A stretch of DNA of 64,000 nucleotides from an uncultured Planctomycetota bacterium (GCA_963737655.1 CAVTTN010000002.1:5920001-5984000), one strand, 5' to 3'; numbered from the stretch's first letter, positions 52,488 to 63,145 are shown. Numbers and translations are program-made. Notes: a model not told the origin generated them from the sequence alone.

Positions 52488-53171
52488 TCAGGGGGCGGGA
52501 TCGGAGAGCCGGGCCGAGAACAGGCCGCGGGCCATCGCGGCGAGGCGGCCGGGGTGGGCGAACGCCTCGGGCAGGCAGTGGCCCCGGAGCGAGCAGCCCC
52601 GGCACTGGGGCTTCTTCACCGCGGGCGGGACTTGAACTGAGGCGAGCAGGTCGTGGAGCCGGGCCACGGCGGTCTCGGTCTCGTCGCGGAGTTCGAGGGT
52701 GAACGGGACCTCGCGCCTCTTCTTGCTGACGGCGTGGAAGACGGCCCCCTCGGGGACCGGCAGGCCGAGCATCTCCTCCAGGCAGAGGGCCTGGGCGCAG
52801 AGCTGGACGTCGTCGTTGCTCCAGGGTCGGGCCTTGCCCCGCTTGTACTCGACCGGGTAGGGCGTCTCGACGAGGGGGAGGCCGGGCGGCTTTCGGCCGG
52901 GCCCGCGGCGGAACTCGACGAGGTCGGCGCGGCCGTAGAGCCGGAGCCGCCGGGAGGCGATCCACAGGCCGCGCTCGGTGCGGACGCCCTTGCGGCGCTC
53001 GAACCCGGGGCGGTCGGCCCTGCGGTGGAGCGAATCGCCTCGCCGGGTGTGCTCGTTGTGGACGTAGAGGCCCTCCAGGTGGCGCAGCGCCGCCCGGCGG
53101 TCGCAATACAGCAGGGCGTTCAGGGCCGACAGGGGGACGAGGTCGTCCCCCTCGGAGTCGGCGGCGGTCAT
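52488..53171 (-). CDS. cas4: Cas4 (system 2)
   Basis: LSALNALLYCDRR, GRADLVEF, PVEYKRG, QLCAQALCLEEM, CRGCSLRGHC; ATG overlaps the cas7 stop. Confidence 0.95.
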   Translation of the reverse strand: MTAADSEGDDLVPLSALNALLYCDRRAALRHLEGLYVHNEHTRRGDSLHRRADRPGFERRKGVRTERGLWIASRRLRLYGRADLVEFRRGPGRKPPGLPLVETPYPVEYKRGKARPWSNDDVQLCAQALCLEEMLGLPVPEGAVFHAVSKKRREVPFTLELRDETETAVARLHDLLASVQVPPAVKKPQCRGCSLRGHCLPEAFAHPGRLAAMARGLFSARLSDPAP

Positions 53172-54121
53172 CGCGCCGGGTCCACGTGGCGGTGGAGCTT
53201 CACGCCCGGGAACCTCGCCTCGTCGAACCCGACCTTCACCGCGTAGTCGGCGAACGACTGTGGCATCGAGTCCCTGGCCTTCAGCGCCACCCCCACCGAG
53301 TCGAACAGCTCGTGGGCGTGGGCGCAGCCGAGCATCGCCTCGCGGCGGTTCTGCTCGGGGTTGGGGCCGGCCTGGGTGCCGACGTGCTCGAAGTCCAGGA
53401 CGCCCCGGACGACCATGTCCCCCCGGGCCGCCGAGCGGTCGTGGTCGAAGAGGTGCGTCAGGGCCTCGATGAAGAGGTCGTAGTCGGCCCGGTCGAACCC
53501 CGTGTTCTGGGCGAACCGGGGCGACACGTAGCACTTCGCGGAGTACAGGCCGTAGGGGACGATGTACTTCTGCCCCATCGTCCGGCCGCTCTCGGCATCC
53601 GCCTCCTTCGTGGCGACGCATCGGGTGATGGTGATCTCCTGGGTGGTGATCGGGTCGAACGACCTGCCGAAGGAGAACTGGACGGGCCCGCGGATCTGGC
53701 CGTGGGCCGAACCCTTCATGACGTCGCCGCCGGTCGAGATCACCTGGCCGAAGGTGCGGATGTCGTAGTACTGGTTGCAGAGCCAGTCCTTGATCAGGCG
53801 GCCGTGCTCGTCCTTGATCTTCGCCTTGTCCTTCTTCTCCCGGACCTGGTCCTTCGTCCTCGACTCGGCCTCGGCCTGCTTGGTGTTGAGGACGTTCCCC
53901 TGCTTGATGAGGATGTCGAACGCCTTGCCGTTGGTGGGCGGCGGGAAGAGGTCCACGTAGTTGCGGACCTTGCGCTTCAGGCAGACGTCGGAGACCAGGC
54001 CGCGGCCCGAGGCGGCATCGACCCGGGGCTGGTTGCCGGCGTCGGGGTCGCCGTTGGGGTTGCCGTTGGTGACCTCGAAGAGGACCAGGATGTCGTGGCG
54101 CGAAGCGAGGGGCTCGGACAT
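53168..54121 (-). CDS. cas7c: Cas7c (system 2)
   Basis: NPNGDPDAGNQPRVD, SDVCLKRKVRN, YYDIRTFGQV, MGQKYIVPYGLY, DRSAARG. Confidence 0.97.
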   Translation of the reverse strand: MSEPLASRHDILVLFEVTNGNPNGDPDAGNQPRVDAASGRGLVSDVCLKRKVRNYVDLFPPPTNGKAFDILIKQGNVLNTKQAEAESRTKDQVREKKDKAKIKDEHGRLIKDWLCNQYYDIRTFGQVISTGGDVMKGSAHGQIRGPVQFSFGRSFDPITTQEITITRCVATKEADAESGRTMGQKYIVPYGLYSAKCYVSPRFAQNTGFDRADYDLFIEALTHLFDHDRSAARGDMVVRGVLDFEHVGTQAGPNPEQNRREAMLGCAHAHELFDSVGVALKARDSMPQSFADYAVKVGFDEARFPGVKLHRHVDPAR

Positions 54122-54163
54122 GGAACGGCGTCCTTTCTTGGTGGCGCGAGGGGGTCGTCCGGG

Positions 54164-56206
54164 TCAGTCGGATTCGGAGGGGATGGGGGCCTGGACCTCG
54201 GCGAGCGCCTCGAGGGTCGGGTCCTCGGCCGCCTTGCCGGCGGCCTTGTCGGCGAGGTATTTCTTGATGGCGCGGTCGTCGGCCGCCTTCTGCTGGTGGA
54301 AGCCGAGGGCGAACCGGCCCTGCTCCTTGGGGCCGAGCAGCGAGGGGAATTCCGGGGCGGCGCCGACGCTGCGGGGCCCCAGCCGGGCGAGGATCTCGTT
54401 GACCCTCGCCGACAGCGCCCAGCCCTTGCCCTGGAGCCTCGGGTCGCCGCTCTTCTTGAGCTTCTTCTCGTGGGCCTTGGCCAGCCGGAGCAGGGTCTGG
54501 AAGGAATTCGCGGGGTAGACCGACGCCGCCCCGTAGAACCGCGAGACGACGTCGCCGCCGACCTGCCCCTGGGCGGCCCTCTGGAGGTCGTCGAGGACGG
54601 CGAGGAGCCGGCCGCCGTTGTACGCGGGGTCGTTCGTGTCCTCGCAGAGGACGAGTTCGACGGGCATCGGCGAGTCTCCCGATCGCTTGAGGATGAGCTT
54701 GATGAGCGCGAATCGCGACGTGTCGAAGCGGAGGCCGTTGCCCTTCTCCTTCGCGGCGATCCTCAGCCGCTGGAGCGCCGGGCCGAGGAGCGCCGCCGGG
54801 TTGAACCGGGACGGGTCGAGGGCGGCCCGGTACAGGGCGTCGTAGGTCGAATCCTGGACCTCCGACGGGACCCGGGCCGTGGTCGCGGCGAGGGCATACA
54901 CCGAGAATGGGTTGATCGCCCCGAACGGCGAATCCTCCGGGCCGGAGGGCGCGGGCCCCCTGGCCTTCCTGGGGACCGCGATGGCCTCGACCTTCAGGTC
55001 GTCGAACCAGGCACGGACGGCGTCGATGACCTCGCCCAGGGGCTCGTCGAGCCATCGGCGGACGACGACCCGGCCGCCGTTGGCCGCGAGCGTCAGGGAT
55101 CGATAGAGCCCCCCGGTGCGGAACTCGAAGAACTCGCCCCCCTTCTCGAAGGCCCGGAAGAACCTCTCCAGGGCGTCCGAGGTCGGGACGTTCAGGACGT
55201 CGAGGACCATCCCACCCAGCTCGGGGCGGACGTCCACCCAGCCGCAGAGGACGGCATCGCCGACCTTCGCCCGGAGGCCCCTCTCGGAGAGGACGTGGTT
55301 CAGGCCGAGGGCGTAGGCCGCGGCGGCGTCCTCGGAGACCGGGGCGTTCCAGCCCCCTTCGAAACCGTAGGAGCGGAGGCTCGGCGTCATCTTGTCGAAC
55401 GAGACGAGGTAGCCGCCGATCGGCGGCAGGCCCGGGACGCCCTTGATGGTCGTCCGGTGGACCTCGGCGATCGGGACCTCGACCGGATTCTCCGCGTCGC
55501 CGGTGACGAGGCAGATCCCCCGAGGGGCCGTCGTTCCCGGCGTGGCCTCCGCGAACCGCTCGCGGCGGAACTGGTCGCGCCAGTAGTCGATCAGGGGCGA
55601 GTCCTCGTCGGCGAAGACGGGGAGGGCGAGCGCCCCGACCTGGAACGTGACCGTCTTGCCTTCGAGGGGCACCGGACCGTTCGGGGTGAGGGCGGAGAAG
55701 GCCGGCTTGCCCTCCTTGCCGACCGGCACGACGTCGGCGATCGCCGCGAGCGCGGCCTTGCGGTCGGGGGCCGCCAGGAAGAGGTCCCGGAACCCGAGCA
55801 TCGCCGCGAGCTCCGCGCTCTTCGTCGCCTCGTGGGCGTCGGCGATCCGCTTCCAGTAATGGTCGAACGCCTTGGCCGCGTTCTTGCCGCCGGCCGGGAT
55901 CGGCTCGCCGTCCTTCGCGGAGAGGCCGAGGACCTTCTCGGCCGAGTCGGCGAGGAAATGGGCCTTACCCCCGGCGTTCACGCCCGGGTACTCGGGCATC
56001 GCCAGCGACTTGAATTCGATCGACCTCATCTTCCCCGGCTTCTTGGGGTCGGGGACCTCGTCGTTGAGCGGGTCCCACGCGCCGGAGGCCAGGGGACGGC
56101 CGGCGGAGTCGATGCGGAGGACCAGGTGGACGGGCCTCTTGCGGATGGCCATGTCCTCGATCAGTTTCTGTCGATGGGCATAGTCGTGGAGGGCCTTGAG
56201 GATCAC
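54164..56206 (-). CDS. cas8c: Cas8c, divergent long variant (680 aa, system 2)
   Basis: GTG overlaps the cas5 stop (MILKALHDY); HFLADSAEKVLG, CLVTG, LVSFDK..SYG, AYNGGRLLAVLDDLQ, EQGRFALGFHQQ. Confidence 0.9.
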   Translation of the reverse strand: MILKALHDYAHRQKLIEDMAIRKRPVHLVLRIDSAGRPLASGAWDPLNDEVPDPKKPGKMRSIEFKSLAMPEYPGVNAGGKAHFLADSAEKVLGLSAKDGEPIPAGGKNAAKAFDHYWKRIADAHEATKSAELAAMLGFRDLFLAAPDRKAALAAIADVVPVGKEGKPAFSALTPNGPVPLEGKTVTFQVGALALPVFADEDSPLIDYWRDQFRRERFAEATPGTTAPRGICLVTGDAENPVEVPIAEVHRTTIKGVPGLPPIGGYLVSFDKMTPSLRSYGFEGGWNAPVSEDAAAAYALGLNHVLSERGLRAKVGDAVLCGWVDVRPELGGMVLDVLNVPTSDALERFFRAFEKGGEFFEFRTGGLYRSLTLAANGGRVVVRRWLDEPLGEVIDAVRAWFDDLKVEAIAVPRKARGPAPSGPEDSPFGAINPFSVYALAATTARVPSEVQDSTYDALYRAALDPSRFNPAALLGPALQRLRIAAKEKGNGLRFDTSRFALIKLILKRSGDSPMPVELVLCEDTNDPAYNGGRLLAVLDDLQRAAQGQVGGDVVSRFYGAASVYPANSFQTLLRLAKAHEKKLKKSGDPRLQGKGWALSARVNEILARLGPRSVGAAPEFPSLLGPKEQGRFALGFHQQKAADDRAIKKYLADKAAGKAAEDPTLEALAEVQAPIPSESD

Positions 56207-56940
56207 GCCGTCGCCTCCTTCTTCTTGATGACCTTGACGCGGTCGGGGTGGCAGTCGAGCCGGGCCCCGACGACCCGGGCGTGGAAGAACACGGAGGCCG
56301 GCGCGACGTCGCGGCCGGAGCCTCGGAGCGTCGGGTCGAAGACGTCGTAGAGCATCAGGCCGAGGTCTTCGGTGGCCGCCCAATCCTCGACGCCGAGCCG
56401 GACGGCCGCCGGGTCCTCGACGTGCTCGAAGAAGGCGTCGAACTCCCGGACCCCGAGGCAGGGCCGGTGCGTACACTTCCCCGCCTTCGCCCGGCGGACG
56501 AACTGCCCGCGGTACTTCTCGATGAAGTCCCTCGGCGGCTCGGCCCGGTCCGTCAGGCGGATCTCGGACGTGATCAGGTATTCCACGCCCGAAAGCGCCA
56601 GCATGCCCCTCTGGGTGGTGTCGTCGGCACCGCCCCCGGCCCGGATCGCGGCCATCGGGGGCCCGCCCTCCATCGCCCGGCCCGCCTCCTTCATCGAGAC
56701 GACCCGCTTCACCTCGTTCCGCCGGAACGAGAACCACGAGCCGCGCCGGATGACCCCGATCGAGTCGATCAGGTAGCACATCTGAGGCTCCCAGTAGATC
56801 GCCTCCAGGATGCCGCGGGCCGCCGAGGGCGTGAGGAGCGGATAGGAGACGCGCTCCGCCTTGAGTTCGGGGCGGGTCACGCAGGCGAAATCGCCCCAGA
56901 CGCGGAGGGAGACGAGGCCCGGATGTTTGCTCACGCTCAT
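56203..56940 (-). CDS. cas5c: Cas5c (system 2)
   Basis: VWGDFACVTRPELKAERVSYPLLTPSAARGILEAIYW, RRNEV, PCLGVREF, DLGLMLYD. Confidence 0.96.
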   Translation of the reverse strand: MSVSKHPGLVSLRVWGDFACVTRPELKAERVSYPLLTPSAARGILEAIYWEPQMCYLIDSIGVIRRGSWFSFRRNEVKRVVSMKEAGRAMEGGPPMAAIRAGGGADDTTQRGMLALSGVEYLITSEIRLTDRAEPPRDFIEKYRGQFVRRAKAGKCTHRPCLGVREFDAFFEHVEDPAAVRLGVEDWAATEDLGLMLYDVFDPTLRGSGRDVAPASVFFHARVVGARLDCHPDRVKVIKKKEATA

Positions 56941-57109
56941 CGCTCCTTTCGTGGCGTTGTCGGTTCGGAGGTGTCGAAGGGCGGGGCGAAGTCACGGCGA
57001 TCCGCGGCGATGCGATGGAGGTCGGGGGTCATCCGAGGGAGAGGGAGACATCCCCGGCCCGAGCGGCCTCGGGCCGGGGGCCCTTCGGTCCGCCACCGAT
57101 CGGGAGGGT

Positions 57110-59440
57110 TCATCGGACGTCCCCGAATGGGTCCGATCCCTTCCCCATGACGCAGTATTCCTCGATGGGCAGCTCCACGACGGGGATGCCCAAGGCTTCT
57201 TCATATTTGCCGAGGTATTCGAGCGGGCCGTCCTCCTGCCCGTGGGAAAGGGGCTGGATCAAATCCTGGCGGCGGAAGTGCTCGATCCAGTCCGGCATGA
57301 GCGAGACGCTCAGCCGCTGGAGTCGGCGATGGTCGCCAGGGCCCAGGTGGGCCCTGCGCGGATCGCCTCGATGAGTTCGCTCGCGGCCTCGCCGAAGGGG
57401 ACGACCACGCCCCGGCCGGCCTCGTCGATGACCTTGAACAGCTCATCGACCCTGCGGAACCTGAGTTCCCGGCGCGCTTTCTGGATCTCCAGGCCGAGTT
57501 CGCAACCCTCGCCCCTCTTGATGAGATATTCGTGGTAAGCCTCGAAGATCGAGGGGTCGGTGAGGATGCGAGAGGGGTCGGCGGCATGCACGAGGAGGAA
57601 CTCGCGGGCGGTCGCCGTCGCTCGACGGTAGTAGCCGGGCGGCGTGTCGTTCTTGTCCAGGGGTTCGAAGACGATCACCCGCCCCTCGGGCGAGCCGGCG
57701 GCGCGGGTCAGGAGGCCCTCGCGGTCACACCGACCGGCGGCCTGGATGATTGCATCCAGTGGTGCCAGGGCCCGATAGACCACCGGGAAGTCGATGTCGA
57801 CCCCGGCTTCCACCACTTGCGTACTGATGACAATGCAGTCCTCGGTCTCCAGGTCGCCGTAGATGGTCCCCGGCCCGGCGTCGCCCTTCCGGCCGAGGAC
57901 GGCCTCTCGGTGGGCGGGGCACATCGTGCTGGAGAGGTGGTGCAGGTTGCGGAACTCGCGCCCTTTCAGGGCATTGAACAGCTCCTGCGCGTGCTTGCGG
58001 AGGTTGACGATCACCAGGGCCTTCGGCGTGCCCTCCAGGCGGTCGGCCAGGTCGTCCCACGACCAGCGGCCCTCGGCCAGGAACGGCAGTTCGAGGCGGG
58101 CGCGGGCGAGGTCCCGGAAGAGGGCCGTCCGGTCCTCGATCACCTCGCGGCAGAGGCCGGGGGTGAATCCGCTGGGCAGGGTCGTCTTCCTCCGGGCGAA
58201 GGTCGGCCTCGTCGCCGATGCAGAGGAGCGAGGTGACGCCGAAGTGGGCGGAGAGGTCGCCCAGGGCGCTCAGGACCGGGTCGAGCAGGGGGAACGGGAG
58301 CGCCTGGACCTCGTCGAGGACGACGACCGACCTCGCGATGTTGTGGAGCTTCCTGGTGCGGCCGGGCCGGCACGAGAAGAGGGACTCGAGGAACTGGACG
58401 GCGGTGGTCACGACCACGGGGGCGTCCCAGTTCTCGGTGGCGTTGCCGGCCCGACGCCTCGCCTTCGAGATGCCCTCCTCGCCGTCCCCCTCCTCGACGG
58501 CCACGGCGGAGTGGTGCTCCAGGACGACGTCGGGCCCGCCGTCGCGGTTCAGGGCCCGGCGGTAGACGGCCGCGTTCTGCTCGATGATCGCCAGGAACGG
58601 CAGGACGACGATCACCCGGCGGAGCCCATGCTGCTTCGCGTGCTCCAGGGCGAAGGCCATCGCGGCGAGCGTCTTGCCCGAGCCCGTCGGCGCCCTCAGG
58701 CTGAACAGGCCGGGCGGGAGGGCCGCGGCCCGCAAGCAGGACTCGTAGACGTCCCGCCGGGCCGCATCGATGGCGCCATCGTCCTGCTTCGAGAGGCCCC
58801 GGACGTACTCCGAGAGCCGATCGCCGAGCGCGACGGGATCGAACGGGATCGACGGCCGCCCCTCGCCGGTGAAATAGCGCTCGGTGTCGAGGTGGTCGGC
58901 GTCCACCAGGCACGAGAACAGCATCCGCACCCTCAGCTCGCGATCGAACGACGCCGAGGCGAACTGGCTTCGAGGGTCGAGAGCGATCAGGGGGTCGGCG
59001 AGGGGTGCATGCCACGGGATCGACCTCGGCACCATCGCCGACTCGAGCCTCTTCAGGAGTTCGGGAGCCGCCTGCCCCGGCGTCAGGTCGCGATCGGTGA
59101 GGCCGTCCTGATACCCCCCGTAATCTGCCAGGCCGGCGTGGTGTCCGAGGACGGCGAACGCCGCACTATATCGCTGCGCGGAGTGGGCGGACGCGGCGCC
59201 GTAGACGGCGTGACGCTTCCCCTTCTCCGGCCCCGACCAGGCCCCCCGCAGGTATTGCTGGAAGGCCGGGCGGAACTTCCCGAGGTCATGGAGCCACCCG
59301 GCGACCCGGGCATCCGTCTCCAGGCCCGGCGTGGCGAGGCGGGCGAGCTCCGCGGAGAGGTCCGCGACGGCCCGCAAGTGTTCGACGAGGTCATGCGGCC
59401 GACCGTCCGAGCCGCCGAGGTGCGCATAAATCCCGCTCAT
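57110..59440 (-). pseudogene. cas3: Cas3 (system 2) with two apparent frameshifts (~58218, ~57350)
   Basis: YAH, LHDLGK, LVDADHLDT, APTGSGKT, LDEVQ. An extra base in LLC/SATRP shifts into ORF 57310..58143 (STQVVEAGVDIDFP, QAAGRCDREG); the C-terminus HRRLQRLSVSL... runs to 57110 in another frame. Confidence 0.9.
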
Positions 59441-59531
59441 GGCGTCCTCGCCCATCCGCGCCGTGGCCCGCACCGACATGGTCCGGCCTGGGTCGTCGAG
59501 CCACCCCCGCGGATGACTGCACGCAGGTTTA

Positions 59532-60469
59532 GAGCGTATCCCAGTAGGTGGACAGGCGCATACAATTCGTGTGTGATGCCCGCTCCTTTTCCGGGATTCG
59601 TCTCATGGCCAAGGCTCGGCCCCGCGCCTCGTCCCCATCCGCTCCACCGGTCGACGATCAGTGGCGTATCCCCGACCCGCTGTGGGAACGCATCGTGCAA
59701 CTGCTACCGCCTCGGCCGCTCCACCCGCTGGGCTGCCACAACCCTTGCACCGACGACCGCAAGGCCATGGACGCCGTCTTCTTCGTACTGCGCACCGGCT
59801 GCCGTTGGGGGGCCCTCGACGCCACCGGCATCTGCAAGCATTCCTCGGCCCACCGCCGCTTCCAGGAGTGGGCCGCCGCCGGCGTCTTCGTCAACCTCTG
59901 GGCCTCGGGCCTCCAGGAATACGACGAGCTGAAGGGGCTGGATTGGGAGTGGCTGGCGATGGACGGGGCCATGACCAAGGCCCCGCTGGGAGGCGAGCGG
60001 CCCGGCCGGGACCCGACGGACCGGGGCAAGCAGGGCACCAAGCGGAGCCCGCTGGTTGAGGCCGGCGGGGTGCCGGTGGGGCTTGCGGTCGATGGTGCCA
60101 ACCGGCACGACAAGAAGCTCGTGGAGGCGACCCTGGAGAGCATCCCGGCGGATCGTCCCGAGCCGACGCCGGAGAGGCCGCAGGGGCTGTGCCTGGACAA
60201 GGGCTACGACTACGACGACACGAGGGAACTGGTGAGGGAGTTCGGCTTCACGGCGCACGTCCGGGCCCGGGGCGAGGAGGCCGAGGAACTCAAGCGGGAG
60301 GCGGGCCAGAAGGCCCGCCGCTGGGTGGTGGAGCGGACACACAGCTGGATGAACCGGTTCCGTCGGCTCCTGATCCGTTGGGAGAAGCAGGTGGAGAATT
60401 ACTTCGGCATGTTGCACTTCGTCTGCGCCTGGATCACCTATCGATCCGCCGGCCTACTGGGATAGGCTC
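59532..60469 (+). mobile_element. IS5-family element (IS1031-like), complete
   Basis: TIRs GAGCGTATCCCAGTAGG / CCTACTGGGATAGGCTC (16/17); TTA on both flanks (59529-31 and 60470-72). Confidence 0.93.
59605..60465 (+). CDS. IS5-family DDE transposase
   Basis: VLRTGCRW, AHRRFQEW, AMDG, LDKGYD, RWVVERTHSWMNRFRRL..RWEK. Confidence 0.95.
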   Translation: MAKARPRASSPSAPPVDDQWRIPDPLWERIVQLLPPRPLHPLGCHNPCTDDRKAMDAVFFVLRTGCRWGALDATGICKHSSAHRRFQEWAAAGVFVNLWASGLQEYDELKGLDWEWLAMDGAMTKAPLGGERPGRDPTDRGKQGTKRSPLVEAGGVPVGLAVDGANRHDKKLVEATLESIPADRPEPTPERPQGLCLDKGYDYDDTRELVREFGFTAHVRARGEEAEELKREAGQKARRWVVERTHSWMNRFRRLLIRWEKQVENYFGMLHFVCAWITYRSAGLLG

Positions 60470-60953
60470 TTAGGCGAGGCTTCGCCTTCACCAGGGACTC
60501 CGGAGCGAACTCCAAGGCTCGCACCCATGACAGCCCCCGGCCACGCGGGTTCTGCTCCTCGGACATGCCGAGCCCCCCTCGCCGTTCCATGGGGCCGAGT
60601 CCGACGTCGGACCGAGGTAACCATCTTGTGAAACGCATCTGCTGAGCACCGCTGGCTTGGCTCAGGTGACTCGGCGACCAGGATAGATCATCTCCGCTCC
60701 GAGATGCGGGCCTTGCAGGTGCGGCATCGATTGACGATCGGGCGGAGTTTCGTGCCATGGTTTCAGGCCACGAGGGGAAAGTACGGAACAGAGAAGGTCT
60801 CCGGATCGACGCGAGAAGAAGCGGCTTGCGTCGGCTCGGAGCGTAGCATAAGCTCTCACATCCAGCGGGACGGGCACATGCCGGTCGCTCGCCGTTTCCA
60901 TCGGCGCGTCGTTTCCCGCGCTCGTTCAGTCACCGCACGGACCCCTGACTCGC

Positions 60954-61385
60954 GTGCAAACGTCCGGCGCATCGGGTCGCTTGAAGTTCCGCCTCGTCGG
61001 AGTGGCCTTCGCCCTCCTGACGGTGGCTGGCCTCGCGCCCGGCGCGGCCCGCGCCGATTGCTGGCATCCGGGACGCGAAGGGCCGGACCACCTGGTCCTG
61101 CTCCGCGACGCCGGGGCGCTGGGCGAGACGGGCCGGTCGGCCCTCCTGGACGAGTCTCACAACATGCCGAGACCGGACTCGGGCGGATGCACCGGGCCGT
61201 ATTGCTCGGACCGCTCCGAGCAGCCCCTGCCCCCCTCGGCGGCGACGTCGCCGCGGATGAGCCAGTGGGCGGTGCTGGATGCGCCGCCGCCTCCGATCAC
61301 CCCGGCCTCGTTCCCCCGCCGTCACGACGACGGCGACGCGAGCCCGATCCTCGCGGCCGACGCGATCTTCCATCCTCCGAGATGA
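60954..61385 (+). CDS. Small exported Cys-containing protein ending HPPR (possible DUF2946-like leader)
   Basis: Signal-like LVGVAFALLTVAGLAPGAARA-DC; CTGPYCS; C-terminal IFHPPR; upstream of the DUF1559 operon. Confidence 0.6.
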   Translation: MQTSGASGRLKFRLVGVAFALLTVAGLAPGAARADCWHPGREGPDHLVLLRDAGALGETGRSALLDESHNMPRPDSGGCTGPYCSDRSEQPLPPSAATSPRMSQWAVLDAPPPPITPASFPRRHDDGDASPILAADAIFHPPR

Positions 61386-61824
61386 GCCGCGCCGGCGGTC
61401 GGGTCGACGGCCCATCGCGATGATGGTGCGCGCCCGAAGGGGCAGGCGCCATCTCCCCCGGACTGTCGCCGATCTCTCGGCGGTCGCGAGCGGCCACGCA
61501 TGCCCTTGGAGAATCCTCTCCCGGTGCGGGCGGTGACGCTCCTGCGCCTCGAGCGATCGGCGGCCCCAACCCGAGGGTCCGCACGACGAGCCGACCGCCC
61601 TCGCCGCCGTCACGTCCACGCCTCCGGGCTCGATCGGACACCGCGCGCGGAGCGGCGCGAGGGGTCGGATGGGCCGGGTGCGCGTGCATTCGACCTCCCG
61701 GATTCCACCGATGCCGCCCGATCCGCCACGGTCGCGCCCCGCGCCCGGTCGGGGCGTCGCACGGGCCTCGAGGAACGTGCGCGACGAGTTCAGCTCATCA
61801 TTTGTCTTGAAAGAGCATGAATTC

Positions 61825-62692
61825 ATGAAGATTCCTGAGGCGCGACGCGGCTTCACCCTGATCAAGCTGCTCATGGTGATCGCCATCATCGGCGTCTTGA
61901 TCGCCCTGCTGTGCCCTGCCCGGTGCCGAGCTGCCGATGCAGCCCTCGCCGTCGGCTTCGAGCTTCTCGGCGGTCTCGCACCTGCTCCCGAGGTTAGAGC
62001 TGACGAACCAGTACAACGGCCTGAACTTCTCGCTCCCCAGCTCGGACCCCGCGAACGCGACGGTCTCGTTCTCGGCCGTCTCGTCGTTCATCTGCCCGTC
62101 GGACGTGAACAACACGGCGCTGGCGCAGATCGGCGCACAGACGCACTACATGGCCGACATGGGGAGCTGGATCGTCTGGCAGGCGGCCACCGGCCCGAAC
62201 ACGGCGCTTCAGCCCCCCAGCGGCGAGTTCTACGGCAACGGCGCCACGCGGTTCGCCGACATCACCGACGGCCTGTCGAACACCGCGTTCTACAGCGAGC
62301 GCATCCTGGCCGATGGCAACAACGCCGTCGTCAGCCCGATCGCCGACGTCTTCTTCCCGAAGGGGTCGCCCACGACGATCGACGACGCCGTGAGCCAGCG
62401 CCGGGTGCTGGACATCACCGACCTGAGCAACCAGTTCCCGCTCTTCATGGGCGCCCCGTGGACCAACGGCCAGCACGTCTTCACGCACCTGGGCGGGCCG
62501 AACACGCGGTCGTGCGGCTTCTTCATCTTGCTCAGGGTGATCATGCCGCCGTCGAGCCGCCATCCGGGCGGGATCAACGTCCTGAGGGGGGACGGCCCGG
62601 TGAAGTTCGTCAAGGACTCGATCAACCTCCAAACCTGGCGCGCCCTGGGCACGCGGTCGGGCGGCGAGATCATCAACCAAACGGACCTTTGA
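61825..62692 (+). pseudogene. DUF1559 prepilin-type protein with internal deletion/frameshift
   Basis: RRGFTLIKLLMVIAIIGVLIALL; the conserved AREAARR..NNLKQ block is absent; other frame has FICPSD, ITDGLSNT, SRHPGGINVLRGDG.VKF, WRALGTRSGGE. Confidence 0.88.
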
Positions 62693-62714
62693 ACCAAGAG
62701 AGCGACACGACGCC

Positions 62715-63104
62715 ATGATCACCGCACGCAAGCTCCGCGCGTCGCTCCTGGCCCTGGCCGCCCTCGCGGCGGCCGGGTGCGCCGAGTCCATCGGCCCGAC
62801 TCCGCTCGACGAGGGGAAGGCCCGCGACGCGCTCAAAGTCACGCTCGACGCCTGGAAGGACGGATCGTCGACCGACTCCCTGAAGTCCGGCCCGCAGGCC
62901 ATCGTCGCGCAGGATCTCGACTGGCAGACCGGCGCGAAGCTCGTCGATTTCTCGATCGAAGGGGACGGCAAGAAGGTCGATTCGAACCTGCGGGTCCCCG
63001 TCAAATTGACCCTGAAGGACGCGTCCGGGAAAGGCGCCGTCAAGACCGTCAACTACCTCGTGACCACCAGCCCGAAGGTGACCGTCTTCCGCGGCTTCCC
63101 CTGA
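62715..63104 (+). CDS. Planctomycete lipoprotein downstream of DUF1559
   Basis: Lipobox LAAAGC; ALKVTLDAWKDG...DLDWQTGAKL...YLVTTSPKVTVFR. Confidence 0.8.
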   Translation: MITARKLRASLLALAALAAAGCAESIGPTPLDEGKARDALKVTLDAWKDGSSTDSLKSGPQAIVAQDLDWQTGAKLVDFSIEGDGKKVDSNLRVPVKLTLKDASGKGAVKTVNYLVTTSPKVTVFRGFP

Positions 63105-63145
63105 CGGGCGCGACACGGATCGACTCCAACTCCCGGAGTCCCGCG

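Noticed and set aside
5151..56350. Very long antisense/alternate-frame ORFs (e.g. 5151..8057, 8625..11585, 20618..24307, 34716..37754, 53186..56350)
   Set aside because: Shadow ORFs expected at this GC content; they overlap motif-bearing genes and have no recognisable motifs.
57052..57079. 12-bp hairpin between cas3 and cas5 of system 2 as a solo repeat like that of system 1
   Set aside because: No ATTGAAAC handle and no matching target found; probably a terminator or stability hairpin.
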